A stretch of 64,000 nt of DNA from Anaerolineae bacterium (GTDB lineage: Bacteria; Chloroflexota; Anaerolineae; Aggregatilineales; Ch27): contig DAOUEM010000495.1 in NCBI GenBank assembly GCA_034430555.1, positions 12,148-76,147 on the forward strand. The letters are read 5' to 3'. The position numbers and the translations under genes were made by a program. The notes beneath the pieces were generated by a model. It was not told where the DNA came from. It searched no databases and saw only the letters and a list, made by a program, of their open reading frames with translations. Of this stretch, positions 38,358 to 47,136 are shown piece by piece. Position 1 is the stretch's first letter. Each line of letters opens with the position of its first letter.

Positions 38358-40243
38358 GCCAAACACCAATGCGTAGGGACGTATGGCCAACCCTCCCGGT
38401 GATAGCCCTCTTGTGTTGCGGCGTTTTCCTTGCCGCCTGCACCGGGGCCAGCGCCACGCCGACCTCTCCTCCCCGGCCCACCTTTCCCCCCACGCCCACC
38501 ATCGAGATCACGCCGGTGCCGCTCCTCCTGACGCCCATCACCTCGCCGGAGCCGCTGCCCGGCCTGCCGCCGCTGCTGCCCGGCCAATCGAGCAAGTCGC
38601 TGGCCCTGCACGGCGACCGGCTGGTGACCGCCAACAGCGACAGCGGCAGCGTGACCCTGGTCGACGTGGCGGCAGGCGCGGTCCTGGCCGAGATCGCGGT
38701 GGGCAACGACCCGCGCACGGTCGCCATCACGCCGGATGGCACGATAGCCCTGGTAGCGCTGCGCGGCGATCATTCGCTGGCCGTGGTCGATCTCGAGGGG
38801 ATGGCCCTGGCCGCGACCATACCGGTGGGTCACATGCCCTACGGCGTGGTCACCGATGGCCGCCGCGCCTACGTGAGTTGTTTCGGCGAGGACCGGGTGG
38901 CCGTCGTCGACCTGGCGGCGGGCGAAGTCTTCGCGCGGCTGGACGTGCCCGATTCGCCGTCCGGGCTGGCGCTTGATGAAACGGGCGAGTGGCTGCTGGT
39001 CACCCACTTTTACAGCGGTTTGGTCACGCTGGCCAACGTGATCCGCACGCCGTTCGTGGTCGGATCGGTCAACGCCGAGCCGGACGGCAACCTGGCCCGG
39101 ACCATCCTGCTGGCCCCGGACGGCGGGCGCGCCTACATCCCGCAGATGCGCACCGGGCTGGCGCTGGTGTCGCTGCAATACATGCAGGATTGGTTCCCGG
39201 TGGTGAGCGTGCTCGACGTCTCCACCATGCGCGGCGACCGCGCGGCCCGCCTGACGCTGACCATGATCGACGCGGCCTCCAACCTGCCGTTCGACGCGGC
39301 CTTCACGGCGGATGGCTCGGCGCTGTGGGTGGTGCTGGCCGGCAGCGACGAGGTGCTGGTGGTCGACGCGGGGTCAAGCGAGGCCCTGGGGCGGATCGCG
39401 GTGGGGGCCAATCCGCGCGGCATCGTCCTGACGGAAGATCGCGCCTACGTGCTCAATGCGCTGGTGGGCACGGTCTCGGTCATCGCAACTGACGATCTAC
39501 GCATGGTAGACACCATCACGGTGACCGACATCCCCCTGGACCCGGACGTACTGCGCGGCAAGGTGCTCTTTAACCAGGCCAGCGCGCCCGTGATGAGCGA
39601 CGGCGCGGTCAGCTGCGCCACCTGCCACTTCGACGGCGGCATGGACCGGCGCACCTGGATCAATTTCCGCAGCGGCCCGCGTAATACGCTGGCCCTGGGC
39701 GGCGCGGCGGACCTGCCGCCCTACAACTGGGCGGGGGACATGGCCGAGTTACAGGATACGTTGGAGGACCACGTCCGCAACGTGATGCTGGGCGACGGCC
39801 TGATCGACGGCGCCTTCGACCCGACGACGGGTGCGGTGGACGCCGGGCGCTCGGCTGATCTCGACGCGCTGGCGGCTTACGTGGCCTCCTTCCAGCCGTG
39901 GCCCAGCCCCTACCGGGAGCCGGACGGGGCGCTGAGCGAGTCGGCGCGGCGGGGGATGCAGCTCTTTATGAGCGGCTCGCCCGACTGCTCCTGCCACACG
40001 CCGCCGCTGTACACGGATTTGCTGCAGCACAACCTGGCCGGCGTGGCTTTTTCGATGGAAGTCTTCGAGGCCTTCGACACGCCGACGCTGCGCGGCCTGT
40101 GGGCCAGCGCGCCCTACATGCACGACGGCGTGGCCCAGACGCTGGAGGAAGTCCTCACCCGGACCGACCCGGTCCACAGCGTGGCTGCCGGCCTGACGCC
40201 GCAGCAGTTGGCCGACCTGATCGCCTTTTTGCGGTCGCTGTAG
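38354..40243 (+). CDS. Lipoprotein: YVTN-type beta-propeller fused to a cytochrome-c-peroxidase/MauG-like domain
   Basis: Start overlaps the upstream stop (ATGA). Lipobox FLAAC. Repeated ...V.VVD...G..VA.I.VG..P.G(V/I) propeller repeats. CATCH at 39614-39628. The second site reads CSCH (39986-39997). Confidence 0.8.
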   Translation: MSQTPMRRDVWPTLPVIALLCCGVFLAACTGASATPTSPPRPTFPPTPTIEITPVPLLLTPITSPEPLPGLPPLLPGQSSKSLALHGDRLVTANSDSGSVTLVDVAAGAVLAEIAVGNDPRTVAITPDGTIALVALRGDHSLAVVDLEGMALAATIPVGHMPYGVVTDGRRAYVSCFGEDRVAVVDLAAGEVFARLDVPDSPSGLALDETGEWLLVTHFYSGLVTLANVIRTPFVVGSVNAEPDGNLARTILLAPDGGRAYIPQMRTGLALVSLQYMQDWFPVVSVLDVSTMRGDRAARLTLTMIDAASNLPFDAAFTADGSALWVVLAGSDEVLVVDAGSSEALGRIAVGANPRGIVLTEDRAYVLNALVGTVSVIATDDLRMVDTITVTDIPLDPDVLRGKVLFNQASAPVMSDGAVSCATCHFDGGMDRRTWINFRSGPRNTLALGGAADLPPYNWAGDMAELQDTLEDHVRNVMLGDGLIDGAFDPTTGAVDAGRSADLDALAAYVASFQPWPSPYREPDGALSESARRGMQLFMSGSPDCSCHTPPLYTDLLQHNLAGVAFSMEVFEAFDTPTLRGLWASAPYMHDGVAQTLEEVLTRTDPVHSVAAGLTPQQLADLIAFLRSL

Positions 40244-40368
40244 GCGCGCTGCCGGGCGCGCTGCCGGCGCATTGTGATGCATTACCTGAACAGAGTCTTT
40301 TTTTTCCGGAAGCAGAGAGTGGCGAGTTTGTATCTCGCCGGGGTTTTCAAATTAACTGGGGGCATCTT

Positions 40369-42507
40369 ATGATCAACCGCTTGGCTACCCTGTCCTTGTG
40401 TCTGCTCGTCGTCATGCTGGCGTTGATAGCCGGCCCAACCACGGCCCAGGAAGGCGGCGGCGCGACCGGCGGCCAGCCCTGGGACCTGCTGAACGTGGGG
40501 CAGGCGGGCCAGTTCGTCTTTTACGATTCGCCTGCCGGCGCTTCCACCACGGGCAAACCGCTGGACATCGGCGACTTTGACGGGAACGGCTGCGGCGACA
40601 TCGCCATCACCGGCCAGAATGCGGCCCACGCCCTCGGCACCTGGCGCGGCAGCGCCGGGCACGTCCGCATCGTGATGAACCCGTGCCCCATCGGCGGGCT
40701 GATGGCGATGGACGAGGTCCAGCCGGGGCAGACGGTGTTCACCCTCTTCGGGGCTTATGCCGGGGACATGGCCGGCACCGAAACCTACACCGCCGACTTC
40801 AACGCCGACGGCTACGACGACCTGCTCTTCAGCGCCCAGAACAGCGACGGCCCGTCCCAGGATCGCACCAACGCCGGGGCCGTTTACATGCTCTTCGGCA
40901 GCCCGGACTTCGCGACGCACGCCGACGTCGATCTACTGGCTCCCGGCCAGGACATCATCGCCTTTTACGGCGCGGACGGCGAGGACCGGCTGGGACTGTG
41001 GGTGGAGGGCGGCGACTTCGACGGCGACGGCTTTCACGACCTGCTGCTCGGCGCGAACCAGGCCGACGGCCAGGACAACGCCCGCATCAATGCCGGCGAA
41101 GTGTGGATCATCTACGGGCGGGCGGACATGGCCGCCCACTACGGCCCGGTCACCGATCTGCGCCAGCCCCCGGCCGACGCCACGCATATCATCGGCGCGG
41201 ACTACGACGATCTGCTCGGCTCCTGCGTGTGGGGCGACGACCTGGACGGCGACGGCTACGATGACGCCATCGTCAGCGCGGGTTTGTGGCGGGCCTCCAG
41301 CGGCGTGGGCGGGTTATCGTTTGGCGGCGCGGACGGGCCGGCCAATGCCCGCTACAACGCCGGGGAAACCTTCGTAGTGTTCGGCGGGCCATCGATCCGC
41401 ACCCAGACCATCGACCTGCACAGCATGATCGACGCGGAAGGCCGCCCGCTGGATGACCGCGTGACCGTGATCTACGGCGCGGATGGCAACGACCTGCTCG
41501 GCGAGGAGATCGCCACCGGCGACATCGACGGCGACGGCCGCCTCGACCTGGTCCTGGGCACGCTGATCGGGGACGGGCCAAACAACGACATGGACGAGGC
41601 GGGCGAAGTCTGGATCATTTACACGCACGCGCCCTTCCGCGGCCAGATGATCGACCTGGCGAGCGCGCACCCGGACCGCGCCGTCGTGATCTACCCCGAC
41701 CAGCCGGACAGCAAAGCGGGCGATACGTTGCGCACCGCCGACCTGGACGGCGACGGCTTTTACGACGTGTTTTACGGTTCGCCGGATTACGACCCGACGG
41801 GGCCGGATGGGCGGCTGCGGCATAACGCCGGTATGATGGCCGTGATCTTCGGGGCGGCGGGCGGCCTGCCGCACCAGGACGGGCGTATCCAGCTCTTCGA
41901 CCCGCCGGAGGGTCTGCGCGTCCGCTATTTCATCGGCGCGGAAGACAACGACATGATGCCCTACGCGCTGGCCGTGGCCGACGTGGACGGCGACGGCGGG
42001 ATCGACATCGCGCCCAACGCCATGGGCGGCGATGGCTTCCGCAACGACCAGATCAACGCCGGGGAGATTTACCTGATCGACGGCGCGGAATTCCTGGCGG
42101 AGGACCACGACTACGCCTTCGTGACGGCGCCCCATGCGACCGCCCTGGCGACGACAACGGCCCCGCTCGCCACCGCCACCCCCCTGCCGGAAGCGACCGC
42201 CGTTGCCGGGGAGGGGGACGTGGCCCAGGGACAGATTTATTACGAGGAAACGTGCGCCGGCTGTCATGGCTTCCGGGGGGAAGGCGTGGACGGCCTGGGC
42301 CTGCCGTTGGCGACCTCGCCGCTGGTGATGTACGCCTCTGACCTGGAGCTGATGATCTTTCTGCGGGTGGGCCGTCCGGCGGACGACCCGGCCAACACGC
42401 TGGGCGTATCGATGCCGCCCAGCGGCGGCCGCTCCGACTGGGGCAACGACGAGATCATGGACGTGATCGCTTACCTGCGTCACCTGCGGGATGTTTGGGA
42501 AGAATAA
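40369..42507 (+). CDS. Secreted seven-repeat FG-GAP (integrin-alpha-like) propeller fused to a C-terminal monohaem class I cytochrome c
   Basis: Signal peptide MINRLATLSLCLLVVMLALIAGPTTAQ. Seven DxDGDG-type loops: GDFDGNGCGD, ADFNADGYDD, GDFDGDGFHD, DDLDGDGYDD, GDIDGDGRLD, ADLDGDGFYD, ADVDGDGGID. CAGCH at 42253-42267, with a downstream Met (VSMPP). Confidence 0.85.
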   Translation: MINRLATLSLCLLVVMLALIAGPTTAQEGGGATGGQPWDLLNVGQAGQFVFYDSPAGASTTGKPLDIGDFDGNGCGDIAITGQNAAHALGTWRGSAGHVRIVMNPCPIGGLMAMDEVQPGQTVFTLFGAYAGDMAGTETYTADFNADGYDDLLFSAQNSDGPSQDRTNAGAVYMLFGSPDFATHADVDLLAPGQDIIAFYGADGEDRLGLWVEGGDFDGDGFHDLLLGANQADGQDNARINAGEVWIIYGRADMAAHYGPVTDLRQPPADATHIIGADYDDLLGSCVWGDDLDGDGYDDAIVSAGLWRASSGVGGLSFGGADGPANARYNAGETFVVFGGPSIRTQTIDLHSMIDAEGRPLDDRVTVIYGADGNDLLGEEIATGDIDGDGRLDLVLGTLIGDGPNNDMDEAGEVWIIYTHAPFRGQMIDLASAHPDRAVVIYPDQPDSKAGDTLRTADLDGDGFYDVFYGSPDYDPTGPDGRLRHNAGMMAVIFGAAGGLPHQDGRIQLFDPPEGLRVRYFIGAEDNDMMPYALAVADVDGDGGIDIAPNAMGGDGFRNDQINAGEIYLIDGAEFLAEDHDYAFVTAPHATALATTTAPLATATPLPEATAVAGEGDVAQGQIYYEETCAGCHGFRGEGVDGLGLPLATSPLVMYASDLELMIFLRVGRPADDPANTLGVSMPPSGGRSDWGNDEIMDVIAYLRHLRDVWEE

Positions 42508-42711
42508 AAAAACTGGTTCGTGCTGTTACCGTTGATGACCATCCTGGTGATGATCTTCACGCCTGCCGCCGCTGAGCAGTTTCGTGATCAGCCTGCGGTA
42601 CGCGATAAGGTCTATTGGTGGTCTCCCTTCGACCAATCGCGGTCCCTCGCGGCAGACCTTGAGCGGCGCGCTGACGGATCGCCAGACACTGGCCGCTGAT
42701 CACGTGGTCCG

Positions 42712-42933
42712 TTACCACCGCCGGTCAGAGGTGTGTGGGACCACGTCGCCGGTTTCCAGGAAAAAGGTGAGCAGCCGCTCCTTGAGCGCCGTCAGAACCC
42801 CGGCCAGCGCCGGGTCGTCGATGCGGTTGTCCAGCTCGTCCGGGTCGGCACGCAGGTCGTACAGTTCGTCGCTTTCGTACAGCCGCCGCACGTACTTGTA
42901 ATCCGCCGTGCGGCACATGACGGCTTTGCTGTG
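42712..42933 (-). pseudogene. Remnant of a sulfatase gene (C-terminal approximately 70 codons only)
   Basis: Translation ...AVMCRTADYKYVRRLYESDELYDLRADPDELDNRIDDPALAGVLTALKERLLTFF matches the conserved sulfatase C-terminus (KY...ELYDL..DP.E..N). An in-frame TAG lies 5 codons upstream of the first Met. Only 67 bp separate it from nagA. Confidence 0.6.
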
Positions 42934-42985
42934 CTACTGTTTTACATTTGTCCCCGGCACAAGTTGCAACGACGGTCATGGGCAT

Positions 42986-44176
42986 TCACGCCCGGTAAAC
43001 CACCGTTCCGCCGACCATCGTCAGGCGGACGTGCCCCTCGGCGTCCAGCAGGGTCACGTCGGCGTCGGCGCCGGGGGCCAGCAGACCCTTGCGCCCGGCC
43101 AGGCCCATCGCCTCGGCTGGAGCGGTGGTCGCCATGGGCAGCGCCTGCGGCAGCGTTAGCCCGGCAAAGGCCATGACGTTTCGCAGCGCGGCGTCCATCG
43201 TCAGCGTGGAGCCGGCCAGCGTGTCGGGATCGAGGCGCGCCACGCCCGACTCGACGGTGGTCGTCTGCCCGCCCAGGTCATAGACGCCATCCGGCAGGCC
43301 CGCCGCCCGCATGGAGTCGGTAATCAAGAGAACGCGCCCCACTCCCTTGGCCCGCACCACCAATCTGATCACCGCCGGGTGCAGGTGAATGCCGTCCGCG
43401 ATCACCTGAGCGTAGATGCGGTCGTCGGCCAGGGCCGCGCCTGCCGGTCCCGGACGCCGGTGATGCAGCCCTGCCATCCCGTTGAAGGTGTGGGTGGCCT
43501 GGCGCAGGCCGATATCCGCCGCGGCCTCGAAACGCTCGTAAGTGGCCCCGGTGTGCCCCGCGGCGAACTCGACCCCCAGCGACACGCCGCGCGCGATCAG
43601 TTCCGGGGCGCCCTCCAGCTCCGGCGCGACGGTGATCAGCCGCACCACGCCCGATTCCAGCCAGGGGGTGTATTCCGCCGGGTCGGGGGCGCGCAGGTGA
43701 TCCGGTGCCTGTGCGCCCTTGTGCGCCACGTTGAGGTACGGTCCTTCCAGGTGCACGCCCAGGTGAGCCGCCCCATCGCCCGGTTGGGGACAGGCCTGCA
43801 CGTTGGCCACGGCCGCATTGATGGCGGCGGCGGACGCGGTCAGGGTGGTGGGGAAATAGGCGGTCACCCCATGCGCGGCGAAAAAACGCGCCATGCCGTG
43901 CAGAGCCTCCGGCGTGGCGTCCATGGTATCGTGGCCGTCCGCACCATGGACGTGCACGTCGATGAAACCCGGCGCGACCCAAAAACCATCGGCCTCGATC
44001 ACGGTATCGTCCGGACCGATGGCCGGCTGCCCGGCAGCCAGCGCCGTGATTGCCCGATCTTCGATGATCAGTGAATGGTTGGACAGCACCTCTTCGGGCG
44101 TGACGAGCGTCCCCCCGGTGATAATTGTGCGCACAGGTCCCCCTTTATCGATAAATAACGTCTCAACAGCGCTCAT
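42986..44176 (-). CDS. nagA: N-acetylglucosamine-6-phosphate deacetylase
   Basis: 396 aa. PGFIDVHVHG metal motif. HLEGP and ITDSM blocks. Confidence 0.9.
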   Translation of the reverse strand: MSAVETLFIDKGGPVRTIITGGTLVTPEEVLSNHSLIIEDRAITALAAGQPAIGPDDTVIEADGFWVAPGFIDVHVHGADGHDTMDATPEALHGMARFFAAHGVTAYFPTTLTASAAAINAAVANVQACPQPGDGAAHLGVHLEGPYLNVAHKGAQAPDHLRAPDPAEYTPWLESGVVRLITVAPELEGAPELIARGVSLGVEFAAGHTGATYERFEAAADIGLRQATHTFNGMAGLHHRRPGPAGAALADDRIYAQVIADGIHLHPAVIRLVVRAKGVGRVLLITDSMRAAGLPDGVYDLGGQTTTVESGVARLDPDTLAGSTLTMDAALRNVMAFAGLTLPQALPMATTAPAEAMGLAGRKGLLAPGADADVTLLDAEGHVRLTMVGGTVVYRA

Positions 44177-44263
44177 ATTCTAACGCAGGCCGTTTTTTTT
44201 GCCTGTTGGGGGCAGGGTGCGGTTTAATAAGCGGCATATCCAGACCAACCGGGAGAGACTCCC

Positions 44264-45568
44264 ATGCCGATCACCATCACCGACGTCATCACCCACGACA
44301 TCCGCTTCCCCACCTCGCGTCACCTGGACGGCTCCGACGCCATGAACCCCGATCCAGACTACAGCGCCGCCTACGTCATCCTGCAAACAGACGATCCGGA
44401 CGGCCTGGCCGGGCACGGCCTGACCTTCACCATCGGGCGGGGCAACGAGGTCTGCGTGGCGGCCATCGAAGCGCTGGCCCCGCTGGTCAAGGGCCGGACG
44501 CTGGAATCTTTCACGGCAGACATGGCCGGCTTCTGGCGGATGATCACCGGCGACAGCCAACTGCGCTGGATCGGGCCGGAGAAGGGGGCCATCCACCTGG
44601 CGACGGCGGCGGTGGTCAACGCGGTATGGGACCTCTACGCCAAGGTCGAAGGTAAACCGCTGTGGAAGCTGCTGGTCGACATGACGCCGGAGGAGTTGGT
44701 GGCCTGCGTCGACTTCCGCTACATCACGGACGCCCTCACCCCGGACGAGGCGCTGGCCCTCCTGCGGCGCAATGTGCCCGGCAAGGCCGCCCGCGAGGCC
44801 GAAATGCGCGCCGAGGGTTTCCCGGCTTACACCACGTCGGCGGGCTGGCTGGGTTACTCCGACGACAAAATCCGCCGGCTGTGCCGGGAGGCCATCGCCG
44901 CCGGCTGGACGCACTTCAAGCTCAAGGTGGGCCAGGATTTAGACGACGACATCCGCCGCCTATCTATCGTGCGGGAAGCGATCGGGCCGGATCGCAAGCT
45001 GATGGTGGACGCCAACCAGGTCTGGGATGTGGACGAGGCCATCGCCCACATGCGCCACCTGGCCCGCTTCGATCCGTGGTGGATCGAGGAGCCGACCAGC
45101 CCGGACGACGTGCTGGGCCATGCCCGGATCGCGCAGGCGCTGGCCCCCATCGGCGTCGCCACCGGCGAGCACTGCCAGAACCGCGTGATCTTCAAGCAGT
45201 TGATGCAGGCGGAAGCCATCCGCTTCTGCCAGATCGATAGCTGCCGCCTGGGCGGGGTCAACGAAGTGCTGGCCGTGCTGCTGCTGGCCGCCAAGTTCGG
45301 GGTGCCCGTGTGCCCGCACGCCGGCGGAGTCGGCCTGTGCGAGTACGCGCAGCACCTCTCGCTGGTCGACACCATCTGCATCGGGGCATCATTGGAAGAC
45401 CGCGTGCTGGAATATGTCGATCACCTGCACGAGCACTTCCTGGACCCGGTGGTGATCCGGAACGGGCGCTACCTGCCGCCGACTCTGCCCGGCTACAGCA
45501 TCCAGATGAAGCCGGACAGCCTGGCAACCTATGCCTACCCGGACGGCCCGGCCTGGGCCGGCACATAA
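44264..45568 (+). CDS. fucD: L-fuconate dehydratase (enolase superfamily, MR subgroup)
   Basis: N-terminus [14 protein letters not shown]...[16 protein letters not shown] is typical of FucD. KLKVG, DANQVWD, IEEP and GEHC ligand blocks. Confidence 0.85.
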   Translation: MPITITDVITHDIRFPTSRHLDGSDAMNPDPDYSAAYVILQTDDPDGLAGHGLTFTIGRGNEVCVAAIEALAPLVKGRTLESFTADMAGFWRMITGDSQLRWIGPEKGAIHLATAAVVNAVWDLYAKVEGKPLWKLLVDMTPEELVACVDFRYITDALTPDEALALLRRNVPGKAAREAEMRAEGFPAYTTSAGWLGYSDDKIRRLCREAIAAGWTHFKLKVGQDLDDDIRRLSIVREAIGPDRKLMVDANQVWDVDEAIAHMRHLARFDPWWIEEPTSPDDVLGHARIAQALAPIGVATGEHCQNRVIFKQLMQAEAIRFCQIDSCRLGGVNEVLAVLLLAAKFGVPVCPHAGGVGLCEYAQHLSLVDTICIGASLEDRVLEYVDHLHEHFLDPVVIRNGRYLPPTLPGYSIQMKPDSLATYAYPDGPAWAGT

Positions 45569-45612
45569 AGGCGAGGACTCACCATGTGTAGAACCCGACT
45601 GGGACTAAACAC

Positions 45613-46077
45613 CTAGTTTTCTCCCAATTCAAACAAGTGTTGGTATTGCCAATCTCGTTCTTTGGCTATGGCAGCATCGGCATCAGAGGAGTTGGTGGCT
45701 CTATGGATAGCCTGTAAGGCATAATTGGCAGCACCAAGGGAATGGGTGGGAACATGGGCAGTTGCCACAGCTTGACCTGCGGCACGGGCAGCAGAGCGAG
45801 CTGCAGTGTCCTCTCCCACTGCGCGGGCAGCTGCATGAGAGGCAAGTGCAGCCTTACGAATAACTGCCATTTTAAACACTCCTGTATTTATCCATGCCTG
45901 GAGTGCTTCTATAGCTTGTCGAGGGCGATGGTCTTCTGGATATTTTTCTTCAAAATGTGGCAGAACACGCTCGACACAATCAATTGCCCAGACGGCTAAA
46001 GTTTTATGATCAGTTTTTCTCATAAGCTCTACCATTGACTCGTCTTTGTGTGTAACCGAGAATTTGGATTTTTCCAT
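45613..46077 (-). CDS. Small all-alpha protein resembling the Imm5-like putative immunity family of polymorphic toxin systems
   Basis: 154 aa. LAVWAIDCVERVLPHFEEKYPEDHRPRQAIEALQAWI...AALASHAAARA...AARAAGQAVATAHV...AANYALQA matches my memory of this family (often annotated putative immunity protein). The gene and its flanks are markedly lower in GC than the neighbours. Confidence 0.55.
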   Translation of the reverse strand: MEKSKFSVTHKDESMVELMRKTDHKTLAVWAIDCVERVLPHFEEKYPEDHRPRQAIEALQAWINTGVFKMAVIRKAALASHAAARAVGEDTAARSAARAAGQAVATAHVPTHSLGAANYALQAIHRATNSSDADAAIAKERDWQYQHLFELGEN

Positions 46078-46161
46078 TTGATTATTCCTGGTAATTAGTT
46101 TCTATTAATATTCTAACATAACCAGACTAGTGTCCTGACAACGTACCAATGTCAACACAAC

Positions 46162-47136
46162 CTAATCCTCGACCGTCAACCGCCCGTCGGCCAGGCAGGC
46201 CTCAAAATGGGCGATGGTCTGGCGGATACCCTCGACCAGCGGCGTCGCGAAGACATTGGCAGAATGCTGCCGCAGCGCGCGGTCGTCGCAGCCTTCCGGG
46301 AAGGGCAGGGGCCGCTCCTCGTGCGTGATCGCCGCGCCGGGCCTGATCTGCCGGATGAGGTCGACCACCTCGGCCACGGCAGCCGGCTCCGTGCCCAGGT
46401 TGAAGCCGTGGGCGCCGTCCAGCGGGTGCAGCGCCGCCTCGATAAACTGCAAAGCCGTATCCGAGGCGAAGTGAAACTGCATCCGCCCGCCAAACTTGAT
46501 GTGGAACGGGCGACCGGCAGCGGCGGCCAGCATGGCCTGCGTCGGATCGCTGGTGAGGCCCTGGTCCCGTCCGACGCCATAGACGGTGTAGGCGCGCAGC
46601 GACGTGCTGCTCAGGCCATGATCCTGCCAGTAAACGCCCGCCGCCCCTTCGTTGTCCTGCTTGTAGACGCCATAGAGCGTGCGCGGCGCGAAGAGCGCGT
46701 CGTGGGCCAGCAGGCCGGGCGGATATTCGTCCGGCGGGCCGTACACGGCCACCGACGAGGCGTAGGCCAGGTGCTTGAGTCCCGACTGCCGCGCCGCCTC
46801 GAAGACATTGATCGTGCCCACCACGTTGACCTGTGCGCCGCGCACCGGGTCGGCCTTGCAGAAGGGCACTTGCAGCGCCGCCAGGTGGACGACGTGCGTC
46901 ACGCCGTGGGTTTGCATGGCCGCCAGCACCTGCGCGAAATCGGTCAGGTCGCCCGGCACGAAGGTGATGGCCGCCTGCTCCTCCGGGGTGAGCAGCAGGT
47001 CCAGGCGGTGGCGGTCGTCGGTGATGTCGAAGCTGATGGCGCGCCGCCCCTGCTTGGCCAGGTGATACAGCGTCCAGGCCCCGATGCAGCCCATCGCGCC
47101 CGTCACCAGGACGGTATCCCCCGCCTTGTCGGTCAT
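46162..47136 (-). CDS. NAD-dependent epimerase/dehydratase family protein
   Basis: Start at ATG 47136 overlaps the upstream FAH stop (ATGA). VLVTGAMGCIGAW Rossmann motif and YGVYK (YxxxK). Confidence 0.85.
   Translation of the reverse strand: MTDKAGDTVLVTGAMGCIGAWTLYHLAKQGRRAISFDITDDRHRLDLLLTPEEQAAITFVPGDLTDFAQVLAAMQTHGVTHVVHLAALQVPFCKADPVRGAQVNVVGTINVFEAARQSGLKHLAYASSVAVYGPPDEYPPGLLAHDALFAPRTLYGVYKQDNEGAAGVYWQDHGLSSTSLRAYTVYGVGRDQGLTSDPTQAMLAAAAGRPFHIKFGGRMQFHFASDTALQFIEAALHPLDGAHGFNLGTEPAAVAEVVDLIRQIRPGAAITHEERPLPFPEGCDDRALRQHSANVFATPLVEGIRQTIAHFEACLADGRLTVED

Noticed and set aside
42520-42699. 59-codon ORF (GTG 42520; ATG 42535 gives 54 aa) in the same frame immediately after the FG-GAP gene stop. 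It encodes a hydrophobic segment WFVLLPLMTILVMIFTPAAA, so it could be a small membrane protein or a read-through extension.
   Set aside because: There is no recognisable ribosome-binding site before either start. Third-position GC is only about 71% by my count, there is no family resemblance, and it lies in what looks like a deletion scar next to the sulfatase remnant. Kept only as a note.
45569-46161. The low-GC islet as a discrete mobile element (IS, MITE or integrative element).
   Set aside because: I could not find terminal inverted repeats, flanking direct repeats, a tRNA target or any recombinase gene. It is only a single small gene with AT-rich flanks.
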